Shown here in pieces: positions 1 to 8,461 of a stretch of DNA of 64,000 nt. A program made the position numbers and the translations under genes. The notes beneath the pieces were generated by a model. It saw only the letters and a program-made list of their open reading frames with translations, had not been told where the DNA came from and did not search any database. The stretch is from positions 1 through 64,000 of the forward strand of contig JBBIIG010000020.1 of NCBI GenBank assembly GCA_037446635.1. Reading direction: 5' to 3'. Each line of letters opens with the position of its first letter. Within the stretch, counting starts at the first letter, position 1. This DNA comes from a bacterium (GTDB lineage: Bacteria > Zhuqueibacterota > Zhuqueibacteria > Oceanimicrobiales > Oceanimicrobiaceae).

Positions 1-96
1 TCGTCGAGGAAGCGTTGACATGGTCAACGCACTCCAAAGTTCCAATCATCGACTTTCGTCGAGGAAGCGTTGACATGGTCAACGCACTCCAAAGTT
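1..96. repeat. Two 41-bp direct repeats (period 55 bp), each with an internal hairpin GCGTTGAC-atg-GTCAACGC
   Basis: 1-41 is identical to 56-96, with a 14-bp spacer; lies just downstream of the gdhA stop and may continue outside the window. Confidence 0.85.
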
Positions 97-1382
97 TAAA
101 CCCAGCCGCGATCTTTGCAGGCTTGCGCCACCCGGCTCACGGAGATCACGTACGCCGCGTCACGCATGTAGAGCTGGCGTTTGCGGGCCAATTCACTGAC
201 GGCGATGAACGCCGCGGTCATCTTCACATCCAATTTACCCAGCACTTCGTCCCGCTCCCAGTAATAATTCATGTTGCTTTGCACCTGCTCGAAATAGCTG
301 CAGGTGACGCCGCCGGCGTTGCAAAGGAAATCCGGGATCATGAAAATGCCGCGCTCTTTAATAACTTTATCGGCGTTTGGGGCCGTCGGGCCGTTGGCGC
401 CCTCGGCGATGATTTTCACCCGCTTGCTGATGGTGTTAACATTGTCCATCGTGATCTGATTTTCAAGCGCTGCGGGAATCAGCAGATCGACTTCTTGTTC
501 CAGCCATTTCTCGCCGGGCAGCACTTCATAGCCCAGATCGCGGGCTTTGCTTTTGTCGATGCCGCCGAAGTGGTCGGTGATGGCCTGCAGCTGCGGCAGG
601 TTGACGCCATCTTTTTTGCGGAAGGCATAGGAAGTCTGATCGGCTTGATCCCAACAGGATACGCAGATGACCTTCCCGCCAATTTGATGCAAAAGCTCAA
701 TCGCATACTGCGCGACGTTGCCAAAGCCCTGCACACTGGCGAGCGTGTTTTCGGGCCGGATTCCCAATTCTTTCAGCGCTTCGCGCACGGTGAAAATCAC
801 ACCGTAGCCGGTGGCTTCTTTGCGGCCCAGCGAGCCGCCGAGTCCCACCGGTTTGCCGGTAATCAGCCCCGGATATTTTCCGCCGCGAATGGTTTCGAAT
901 TCGTCGAGCATCCACAGCATGTGTTGGGGGCTGGTCATCACATCCGGCGCCGGCACATCCGCCAGCGGACCGATGTCCCGCGCGATCTGCCGAATCCAGC
1001 CGCGGCAAATCTGCTCTTGCTCGCGTTGGCTCAAGTTGTGGGGGTCGCACACCACGCCACCTTTGCTGCCGCCGAGGGGAATATCGACGACTGCGCATTT
1101 CCAGGTCATCCACATGGCAAGGGCGCGCACAGTGTCGATGGTCTCCTGCGGGTGAAAACGAATACCGCCTTTGCCGGGACCGCGGGCGTCGTTGTGCTGC
1201 ACGCGGAAGCCGCGGAAAATCCGTACGCTGCCGTCGTCCATGCGCACCGGGATGCTGAATTGATATTCGCGCAGCGGCCAGCGCAGCAGCTCGCGCGTGG
1301 CGGAATCGAGCTCGAGCAAATCCGCGACTTTGTCAAACTGCTCTTGCGCCATCTCGAATGAGTTAAAAGGTTTCTTGTTCAT
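96..1382 (-). CDS. gdhA: Glu/Leu/Phe/Val dehydrogenase (glutamate dehydrogenase)
   Basis: RGPGKGGIRFHP, MTWKCA, GGSKGG, DVPAPD, ITGKP, ATGYG, QGFGNV, EGANGP, NAGGV motifs. Confidence 0.95.
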   Translation of the reverse strand: MNKKPFNSFEMAQEQFDKVADLLELDSATRELLRWPLREYQFSIPVRMDDGSVRIFRGFRVQHNDARGPGKGGIRFHPQETIDTVRALAMWMTWKCAVVDIPLGGSKGGVVCDPHNLSQREQEQICRGWIRQIARDIGPLADVPAPDVMTSPQHMLWMLDEFETIRGGKYPGLITGKPVGLGGSLGRKEATGYGVIFTVREALKELGIRPENTLASVQGFGNVAQYAIELLHQIGGKVICVSCWDQADQTSYAFRKKDGVNLPQLQAITDHFGGIDKSKARDLGYEVLPGEKWLEQEVDLLIPAALENQITMDNVNTISKRVKIIAEGANGPTAPNADKVIKERGIFMIPDFLCNAGGVTCSYFEQVQSNMNYYWERDEVLGKLDVKMTAAFIAVSELARKRQLYMRDAAYVISVSRVAQACKDRGWV

Positions 1383-1550
1383 ACGACTTCCTTTCGCCGT
1401 TTGTCATGGGCTGTAAAACTTGATTATTTTCGAGCATAAAAGCAACTGATTTGCACCTGAAAAAAAACTGCGGCCGGGAATTCCCAGCCGCAGATAAGAG
1501 AGGAAACAGAACATGAACCATACAATTTTCAAATTCTGAAACCCGATTAA

Positions 1551-1565
1551 GCCAAAAGCGTGCCG
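1551..1565 (-). promoter_or_regulatory. Possible sigma54 (-24/-12) promoter for gdhA
   Basis: Minus strand reads CGGCACGCTTTTGGC = GG-N10-GC, about 170 bp upstream of the gdhA start. Confidence 0.4.
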
Positions 1566-1857
1566 AAGTTGAACGAGAATTTTGGAGGGCGATTATCTTA
1601 CTGTTAATCAAATCTTTTATACATTAAAGGGAATGCTTTCGCTATTAAGCAAACTTGCATTTTTGAGAAAATGGCGTTTCGATTTTCCGAATAATGGGAA
1701 AAAAGCGCATTTCCTAATTTTAAGATGTTTTAGCTTTGCCATTCTTATTTTTAAGAGAAAACCGACGCTTCAGCCTACCTGATCGCGGATTTTTCCCGCC
1801 ACTTAAATCAATGAGAAACGATTAGTTAATCCCACCTTTACGGCGCTCCCCCACTTC

Positions 1858-1873
1858 TGGTATAGATTTTGAC
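1858..1873 (+). promoter_or_regulatory. Possible sigma54-type promoter with non-canonical -12 element
   Basis: TGGTATAGATTTTGAC, just upstream of the 1906 ATG; same pattern as at 15471, 25152 and 28406. Confidence 0.45.
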
Positions 1874-1905
1874 AAACTTCGTGGGAACGAAAAGCGCGAA
1901 TATTC

Positions 1906-3480
1906 ATGCTGCACAAAATTAGTAACAAACTCATCCTCGCCGTGGGCAGTACTGCCATCACCATCATCGCCATCTTTTCCTATTTTATCATTGAGTCCCA
2001 GAAGCAGGCGTTGATTTCGCAAATTGAACACAATGCCAACCAACTCAGCGAGACCATCAAAAGCAGCACGAAGTACGATATGTTGCTCAACCAACGCGAT
2101 GGCGTGCACCGCATCATCGACACCATTGGCCAGCAGCAGGGCATCGAGAAAATTCGCATCTTCAATAAGGAAGGCGAGATCATTTATTCGTCGGCGAAAG
2201 AGGAGATCGGCGAGTTCGTGGACAAACAGGCCGAGTCGTGCTACGCCTGCCATGCCGTGGATCAGCCGCTCGAAAAATTGAGCATCACCGAACGCACGCG
2301 CATCTTCGAGCGGAAAGATTCCAGCCTGTCTGGCGTCCGCGCAGCGCCGCCGCCAAGCGGACAGGCAGGCAAAACCCTCGGCATCATCAATCCGATTTAT
2401 AATGAGCCGAGTTGCTGGCAGGCGAGTTGTCATGCTCACGAGGCCGGCCAAAAGGTGTTGGGGGTGCTGGATGTGACGATGTCGCTGGATGAAGTCGAGG
2501 CGCAAATTGCCGCGAACGAAATGCGGATGGTGATGTTTGCGATCAGCGCCATCATCTTTATAAGCCTCATTCTTTGGTTTTTCGTGCAGCGACTCGTCGG
2601 TAAACCGGTGCGCCAGTTGGTGAGCGCCACTAACGCGGTTGCCTGCGGTGATCTCAATTATAAAATCCCCAATCATAAAAAGGACGAGTTGGGCCAGCTC
2701 GCTAAATCTTTCAATGAGATGACCCGCAAGTTAGCGGACGCGCAGCGTCAGCTCATCCAGTCCGATAAACTGGCTTCGTTGGGGCGGCTCGCGGCCGGTG
2801 TGGCGCACGAAATCAACAATCCGCTCACCGGCGTGCTGACCTATAGCAGCTTTCTTTTGAAACGCGCCAACGGTAACGCTGACATGAAGAACGATCTCGA
2901 AGTCATCGTGCGCGAGACCAAACGCTGCCGCCAAATCGTCAAAGGGCTGCTCGATTTTGCGCGCCAGGTGCCGGTGCAAAAAACGCAAGTGGCGATTCCG
3001 GCGGTGATCGATCATGTGCTGACGATCATCGAAAACCAACTGCGGCTGAAGAAGGCGCACGTGAAAAAAGAAATTGCTGCCAATCTCCCGGCCATCCACG
3101 CCGACGCCAATCAAATGGAGCAGGTGTTTATGAACCTGCTGGTGAACGCGGCGGATGCTGTGGAGTCTGAAGGCGGCGAAATTGTGGTGGCCGCCGATCG
3201 CCGTCAAGTGCAGGGCAAAGAATTTTTGGAAGTGAAAATTAGCGATAACGGCTGCGGCATCCCGCGAGAAGACCTTACCAAAATCTTCGAACCGTTTTAC
3301 AGCACAAAAGGACAAAAGGGCACCGGCTTGGGATTGGCCGTGGTGTGGGGCATCATCGAAAAACACGGCGGCAAGATTACCGTGGAGAGCGAAAACGGGA
3401 AAGGCACCACATTTACGGTTCGGCTGCCGATTGAAGAACATTCAGGCTCTGCCATCATCAGGGAAAGGAAGAACGCGTGA
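1906..3480 (+). CDS. Sensor histidine kinase with periplasmic heme-binding domain, HAMP, HisKA, HATPase
   Basis: Two TM segments flank CYACH and CWQASCH; AHEINNP H-box, NLLVNA N-box, DNGCGI, GTGLGL. Confidence 0.9.
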   Translation: MLHKISNKLILAVGSTAITIIAIFSYFIIESQKQALISQIEHNANQLSETIKSSTKYDMLLNQRDGVHRIIDTIGQQQGIEKIRIFNKEGEIIYSSAKEEIGEFVDKQAESCYACHAVDQPLEKLSITERTRIFERKDSSLSGVRAAPPPSGQAGKTLGIINPIYNEPSCWQASCHAHEAGQKVLGVLDVTMSLDEVEAQIAANEMRMVMFAISAIIFISLILWFFVQRLVGKPVRQLVSATNAVACGDLNYKIPNHKKDELGQLAKSFNEMTRKLADAQRQLIQSDKLASLGRLAAGVAHEINNPLTGVLTYSSFLLKRANGNADMKNDLEVIVRETKRCRQIVKGLLDFARQVPVQKTQVAIPAVIDHVLTIIENQLRLKKAHVKKEIAANLPAIHADANQMEQVFMNLLVNAADAVESEGGEIVVAADRRQVQGKEFLEVKISDNGCGIPREDLTKIFEPFYSTKGQKGTGLGLAVVWGIIEKHGGKITVESENGKGTTFTVRLPIEEHSGSAIIRERKNA

Positions 3481-4259
3481 AAACGGATTACGACCTCCTG
3501 ATCGTCGAGGATGAACCAGTGGTGGTGGAATCGGCGCAAAAGATTCTCACAACCGAAGGCTACAAAATCGACGCCGCCGGCGACGCGGAAACGGCTTTGC
3601 AAAAGCTGACAGAGTATTCGTACCAGGTTGTGCTTTCGGATTTGATGCTTCCCAACCGCGATGGCTTTGAATTGCTCAAAGTGGTCAAAAAGAATTTTCC
3701 GAAAACCCAGGCGATTATGATCACCGGCTACGCGACGCTGGAGAACGCCGTCAAGTCATTCAAACTCGGGGCGTTTGATTTCATCCCCAAGCCGTTTGAT
3801 TTTGAAGAATTGTTGGGAGTGACGCGGCGGGCGATGAACTTCAGCCTGCTTGCTGCCAACGCGGCGCAAGCGCATCCGCCCATTGCCGCCAATGGCAGCG
3901 AAACCCAATACTATTTTCTTGGGGAAAATTCCTGGACCAAGTTTGATCGTGACGGCACGATGGTGATCGGTGTCAGCGCTATCTTTCCGAAGCTGATTGG
4001 CGAAATTCACCGCATTGAGTTCCCGCCGGTGAACGTGGATTTGCAGCAGGGCAACGTCTGTCTGCGCATCACCGATGGAAGTGGCTTGGTGCATCTCGTG
4101 TGGTCGCCGATTAGCGGGCGGGTGATTCAACCCAACCAGGTGGTGGAGCAGCATTATCAATTGTTGTACACCGATCCGTATGATCGCGGCTGGCTGGTGC
4201 GGGTTATTCCGGAGAACATCGAATTGGAGCTGGAGAATTTATCGGTGCGAGTGAATTGA
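3477..4259 (+). CDS. Response regulator receiver fused to a GcvH-like (glycine cleavage H-fold) domain
   Basis: LIVEDE, SDLMLP, ITGY, FIPKP; C-terminal half with SPISGRV and DPYDRGWL resembles GcvH. Confidence 0.8.
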   Translation: MKTDYDLLIVEDEPVVVESAQKILTTEGYKIDAAGDAETALQKLTEYSYQVVLSDLMLPNRDGFELLKVVKKNFPKTQAIMITGYATLENAVKSFKLGAFDFIPKPFDFEELLGVTRRAMNFSLLAANAAQAHPPIAANGSETQYYFLGENSWTKFDRDGTMVIGVSAIFPKLIGEIHRIEFPPVNVDLQQGNVCLRITDGSGLVHLVWSPISGRVIQPNQVVEQHYQLLYTDPYDRGWLVRVIPENIELELENLSVRVN

Positions 4260-4267
4260 AAACGGGG

Positions 4268-4432
4268 TGTTGGAGTAAATGGAGTACTGGAGTGATGGAG
4301 TAATGGAGTAATGGAGTAATGGATCAATGGATCGATGGAAAGCTGGAGCAATAATGGTGTATTGGATCCAGTACTCCATTACTCCAGCACTCCAAAATCC
4401 CAATGATCCACAAATCCATCAATCCAACAATC
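4268..4432. repeat. Intergenic hairpin element of tandem TGGAGTAA/TGGATCAA units with an inverted arm
   Basis: ggagtaatggagtaatgg ... actccattactccagcactcc; relatives near 17470, 21460, 44460, 45467, 46950, 49160, 51360. Confidence 0.8.
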
Positions 4433-4466
4433 CTTTGTAAATTCCATAAATTTTGGAGGTTACACG

Positions 4467-5633
4467 ATGGTTGCATTACTGGTAGTTTTTATGATTCTCG
4501 CGTTCATCACCGCCGACGTGTTGGTGCGCGTGGTTGCGCAGAAGATGCGTGAAGCCAAAATTCAGAAAGAACGGGCGGCGGCGTTGGACATTGGCTTGCG
4601 GCTGGACTATACCGACGAGGCCAAAAGCCTGAAGCGCGTCGCGGTGGAAAATCCGAAAGCGAGAATTTTAGCAGTGGACGACGAGCCCATCGTGCTGGAC
4701 AGTTTCCGCAAAATTTTAGTGCTGGCCGGCTACTCGGTGGACACGGTGGAAACCGGCCAGGAAGCAGTGGGACTGGTGCAGAAAAACGAATACGATTTCG
4801 TGTTCACCGATCTCAAAATGCCGGATATGGACGGTCTCGAAGTCACCAAAGCCGTTAAACATCTGCGGCCGGATATTGATGTGATCATGATTACCGGCTA
4901 CGCCACCATTGAGTCCGCGGTGGACGCCATGAAATTTGGCGCGCTCGACTATGTGCAGAAGCCGTTCACCGAAGATGAGCTGGTGGAGTTCGTTAACAAG
5001 TCGCTGATTCGCCGTCAGGCCAAGCTGGAAAAGCAGATGCGGCCGAAAGTGCATCTGGTTACGCCCTCCTCCGGCGAAGAAACCTCTGAGCACGTGTTCA
5101 ACGTGCCGGCCGGGCTTTTCATTTCGCCGGAACACGTGTGGGTGGGCATTGAAATGAGCGGTGCGGTGCGCATCGGCATCGATGATTTTGCGCAGAAGCT
5201 GATTGGGCACATCGAGGCCATCGAACTGCCGAAAAAAGGCCGCAAAGTGAAAAAGGGCGAGCCATTGTTCACCATCAAACAAAATTCACACACGCTCACG
5301 TTTCCCTCCCCCATTAGCGGCGAAATCACCACCGTCAACACCGAGCTGCGCGATCACATCGAAGTGCTGAAAGTGAAGCCGTACGAAGTAGGCTGGGTGT
5401 GCTGTATTGAAGCCAGCAATTTGACGCGAGAGCTGCAGGGGCTGCGCATCGGCGCCGACGCCGTGGCCTGGTATCAGGAAGAGATCGACAAATTCCGCGA
5501 CATGGTGAAGCAGCTCGATGAGAAAGCCGGCAACGGCCTGCCTGCGCAGGCAGGAAAAATGCAAAACGGCCAGCTCGAAAAAATGGACGAGCGGGCGTGG
5601 GAGGCGTTTTCAAAATCGTTTTTGCATGCGTGA
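4467..5633 (+). CDS. Membrane-anchored receiver domain protein fused to a GcvH-like domain
   Basis: N-terminal TM; AVDDE, TDLKMP, VQKP; then HVWV, RIGIDDFAQKLIG, SPISGEI, PYEVGW. Confidence 0.85.
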   Translation: MVALLVVFMILAFITADVLVRVVAQKMREAKIQKERAAALDIGLRLDYTDEAKSLKRVAVENPKARILAVDDEPIVLDSFRKILVLAGYSVDTVETGQEAVGLVQKNEYDFVFTDLKMPDMDGLEVTKAVKHLRPDIDVIMITGYATIESAVDAMKFGALDYVQKPFTEDELVEFVNKSLIRRQAKLEKQMRPKVHLVTPSSGEETSEHVFNVPAGLFISPEHVWVGIEMSGAVRIGIDDFAQKLIGHIEAIELPKKGRKVKKGEPLFTIKQNSHTLTFPSPISGEITTVNTELRDHIEVLKVKPYEVGWVCCIEASNLTRELQGLRIGADAVAWYQEEIDKFRDMVKQLDEKAGNGLPAQAGKMQNGQLEKMDERAWEAFSKSFLHA

Positions 5634-5645
5634 TGAACAATGAAT

Positions 5646-5820
5646 GTCATTTCGAGCGCAGCGAAGCGGAGTCGAGAAATCTGGTGGAGAATTAGAGGCA
5701 GCGAATGCGCTTGGAACTCAGGTGGTTTAAAAACGCTTGCCTAACCGCCAGATTCCTCACCGACAAACAACCTCCTAACCCCCTTTGGTAAAGGGGGAAC
5801 GCGTCGGGATTCGGAATGAC
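5646..5820. repeat. REP/MITE-like element bounded by GTCATTTCGA...TCGGAATGAC with a nested CCCCCTTT/AAAGGGGG hairpin
   Basis: Terminal inverted repeats and internal palindromes seen directly. Confidence 0.7.
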
Positions 5821-5859
5821 TAGTTCGGATGAAATGACACATAGAATTGGAGTGACTAC

Positions 5860-6636
5860 ATGAGTTTCGGAATTCTGACTGACTTAACCAAGTGCATCGG
5901 CTGCCAGGGGTGCGTGTGGGCGTGCAAGGAGATCAACGGCTTGCCTCGGAACGATGGCGCCAACGCGCTCTCTGCAACTACATGGACAATGATTGAAAAA
6001 ATCAACGGCGTCAACATCCGCCGGCAGTGCTTCCACTGCATCGACCCGACGTGCGTCTCGGCGTGCCCGGTGGCGGCGCTGCAAAAAACCGAGCAAGGTC
6101 CGGTGATCTATCTCGAAGACCGCTGCATGGGCTGCCGCTACTGCATCATGGCGTGCCCGTTTGAGATCCCCAAATACGAATGGGACGCGGTGCTGCCGAA
6201 AGTGCAAAAGTGCATCATGTGTTTTGACAAGCGCGTCTCGCTGGGGCAGCAGCCGGCGTGCACCGCCGCCTGCCCAACCGGCGCCACGATTTTCGGCGAG
6301 CGCGATCAGCTCATCGCCGAAGCGCGCCAACGCATAGCCGACAATCCCGGCAAATACGTGGATCACATCTACGGATTGCACGAGGCCGGCGGCACCTCGG
6401 TGATGTATCTCTCGGACATCCCGTTCGAGCAATTGGGATTCAAAGTCGCCCGCACCGACGTGGCGTATCCCAAGCTCACGTGGGAGGTGCTGTCGAAAAT
6501 CCCCAACATTGTGAGCGTGGGCGGCGTGCTGATGTTCGGCATCTGGTGGGTGATCAATCGCCGCATCACCATGGAAAAAGTCCGCAATGGTGAGATGACA
6601 GAAGAAGAGGCGTTTGGGGAAAAGGAAGAGGAGTAA
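5860..6636 (+). CDS. 4Fe-4S dicluster protein (HybA/HmcB/NrfC-like) with C-terminal TM helix
   Basis: CIGCQGCVWAC, CFHCIDPTCVSACP, CMGCRYCIMACP, CIMC...PACTAACP, YVDHIYG, GGTS. Confidence 0.9.
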   Translation: MSFGILTDLTKCIGCQGCVWACKEINGLPRNDGANALSATTWTMIEKINGVNIRRQCFHCIDPTCVSACPVAALQKTEQGPVIYLEDRCMGCRYCIMACPFEIPKYEWDAVLPKVQKCIMCFDKRVSLGQQPACTAACPTGATIFGERDQLIAEARQRIADNPGKYVDHIYGLHEAGGTSVMYLSDIPFEQLGFKVARTDVAYPKLTWEVLSKIPNIVSVGGVLMFGIWWVINRRITMEKVRNGEMTEEEAFGEKEEE

Positions 6637-6641
6637 ATGAA

Positions 6642-6730
6642 GTCCCCCTTAGCAAAGGGGGATTTAGGGGGTTGTCCAAGCTAATGGTGCCAAAAGAACA
6701 ACCCCCTAACCCCCTTTATTAAGGGGGAAT
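6642..6730. repeat. Paired CCCCCTT-N-AAGGGGG palindromes (REP-like doublet)
   Basis: gtcccccttagcaaagggggatttagggggttgt ... acaaccccctaaccccctttattaagggggaa. Confidence 0.75.
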
Positions 6731-6769
6731 ACGCTTTGCTCTTTGCGATAAAACCAAAGGACAGAAAAT

Positions 6770-8353
6770 ATGGATCTCAAATTACCTAAAATTACTTTCT
6801 GGAAAGCCGTCGCGGCGATGATCTTCGCGGCCGGCTTATATGCCACCATCGTGCGTTTTGCCAAAGGACTGGGCGCGTCCACCAACCTCAGCGACATTTT
6901 CCCGTGGGGAATCTGGATCGGCTTTGACGTGCTGGTGGGCGTTGGGCTCGCGGCCGGCGGCTTTGTGATCGCCGCCACCGTGCACATTTTCCATTTGGAA
7001 AAATATGAATCCATTGCGCGGCCTACCATCCTCACCGCGTTCCTCGGCTACCTGCTGGTGGTTGTGGCGCTGATGTTCGACCTCGGACGGCCGTACCGCA
7101 TCTGGCACCCGCTCATCATGTGGAACCCGCACTCGGTGATGTTCGAAGTAGCCTGGTGCGTCACGTTGTACACCATCGTGCTGGCGCTGGAATTCAGCCC
7201 CATCGTTTTGGAAAAATTCAATCTCAAAGTGCCGCTGAAATTGATACGCAGCATCTATCTGCCCATCGTGATTTTGGGCGTGCTGCTTTCCACGCTGCAC
7301 CAGTCGTCGCTGGGCACGCTGTACGTTTTGGTGCCGGACAAGCTGCACGGCCTGTGGTACTCGCCGCTTTTGCCGGTGTTTTTCTTCGTCTCGGCCATTG
7401 CCGCCGGCCTGGCGATGACCATCTTCGAATCGTTTCTCAGCTATCGCGCCTTTGGCAAGCGTTTGGAACACGATATCCTCGCTGGATTGGGCCGGGTGAT
7501 CGTGGTGGTGTTAGCGGTTTACTTCGTTTTTAAGATTCAGGATCTCCACAGCCGGGGCAACCTGCCGCTGGTCTTCCAACTTACGCCGCAAAGCGTGATG
7601 TTCTGGGGCGAGATGGGGCTTGGAGTGCTGTTACCGATGGCTCTGCTTTTTAGCGAGCGCATTCGCGCCAAAGAATCCGGACTATTTTTCTCGGCGCTGC
7701 TGGTGATAGTGGGCTTCATCGTCAACCGTCTGAACGTCAGCATCACTGGCATGGTGAACTCGGAAACCTACGTCCCCAAGTGGACGGAGTTTGCGGTAAC
7801 GGTCTTCATCGTTGCGCTGGGATTCACGATTTTTGGCTACGCGGTCAAGCACTTCCCGGTTTTCCCAAAAGAAGAATTCGAAGAAGAGAAACCGCTTCGG
7901 CCTGCGATTGATGTAGAGAAGAAACGCCATCCTGTATTTTCCGGCAACGTGGTGATGGCGATGTGGGCGCTGGTGTTAATCGGCGCAGTCACGTATGCTT
8001 TTACCCGCAACTACGAAAATAATCACTCGACCAATACGACGAATGGAGACGCCATTGCGCGAACGGTGGATCCGCAACAGCAGGAACTGAATCTGCCAGA
8101 AGACATCACCTTTGCGCTGGGCGAGGGGAGCCCGGGGCCAGTCACGTTCAGCCACCAAAGCCACGTGTTGATGCAGGAGACGCCCACTTGCGCCACTTGC
8201 CACGCCGAGGGCGGCTTCAGCATTCTAACCGGCGAACCCAAGCCACCGCTGTTGATGGAGCCGATGTACAACGGTGAATCGTGCGGCAAATGCCACAACG
8301 GCGAACAGGCCTTTAGCTCCGAAGAGTGTTCATCTTGTCATATCGAAGAGTGA
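6770..8353 (+). CDS. NrfD/HybB/HmcC-type polytopic membrane protein fused to a C-terminal triheme c7-type cytochrome domain
   Basis: PWGIWIGFDV, DLGRPYR, SVMFEVAWC, LSTLHQSSLG; C-terminal FSHQSH, CATCH, CGKCH, CSSCH. Confidence 0.88.
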   Translation: MDLKLPKITFWKAVAAMIFAAGLYATIVRFAKGLGASTNLSDIFPWGIWIGFDVLVGVGLAAGGFVIAATVHIFHLEKYESIARPTILTAFLGYLLVVVALMFDLGRPYRIWHPLIMWNPHSVMFEVAWCVTLYTIVLALEFSPIVLEKFNLKVPLKLIRSIYLPIVILGVLLSTLHQSSLGTLYVLVPDKLHGLWYSPLLPVFFFVSAIAAGLAMTIFESFLSYRAFGKRLEHDILAGLGRVIVVVLAVYFVFKIQDLHSRGNLPLVFQLTPQSVMFWGEMGLGVLLPMALLFSERIRAKESGLFFSALLVIVGFIVNRLNVSITGMVNSETYVPKWTEFAVTVFIVALGFTIFGYAVKHFPVFPKEEFEEEKPLRPAIDVEKKRHPVFSGNVVMAMWALVLIGAVTYAFTRNYENNHSTNTTNGDAIARTVDPQQQELNLPEDITFALGEGSPGPVTFSHQSHVLMQETPTCATCHAEGGFSILTGEPKPPLLMEPMYNGESCGKCHNGEQAFSSEECSSCHIEE

Positions 8354-8461
8354 TTTTTAGTACAATGGAGTTCAACCGCAAAGTGTGCCAAGAAAATTCA
8401 AATAGTGCGCATTGGATTAAGTTAAACACATGTGGGTTACTTGTAGTACGGAGACAGGACC

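Noticed and set aside
1..96. CRISPR array
   Set aside because: Only two repeats, a 14-bp spacer is too short, and no cas genes are in the window
15..1361. 448-aa + strand ORF
   Set aside because: Antisense shadow of gdhA with no recognisable motifs
3477..5633. Glycine cleavage system
   Set aside because: No T, P or L proteins, and the H-like domains lack the lipoyl Lys
5860..8353. [NiFe]-hydrogenase-2 operon (hybA/hybB resemblance, Ni transporter in window)
   Set aside because: No hydrogenase large or small subunit or hyp genes; the Ni permease belongs to the lar cluster
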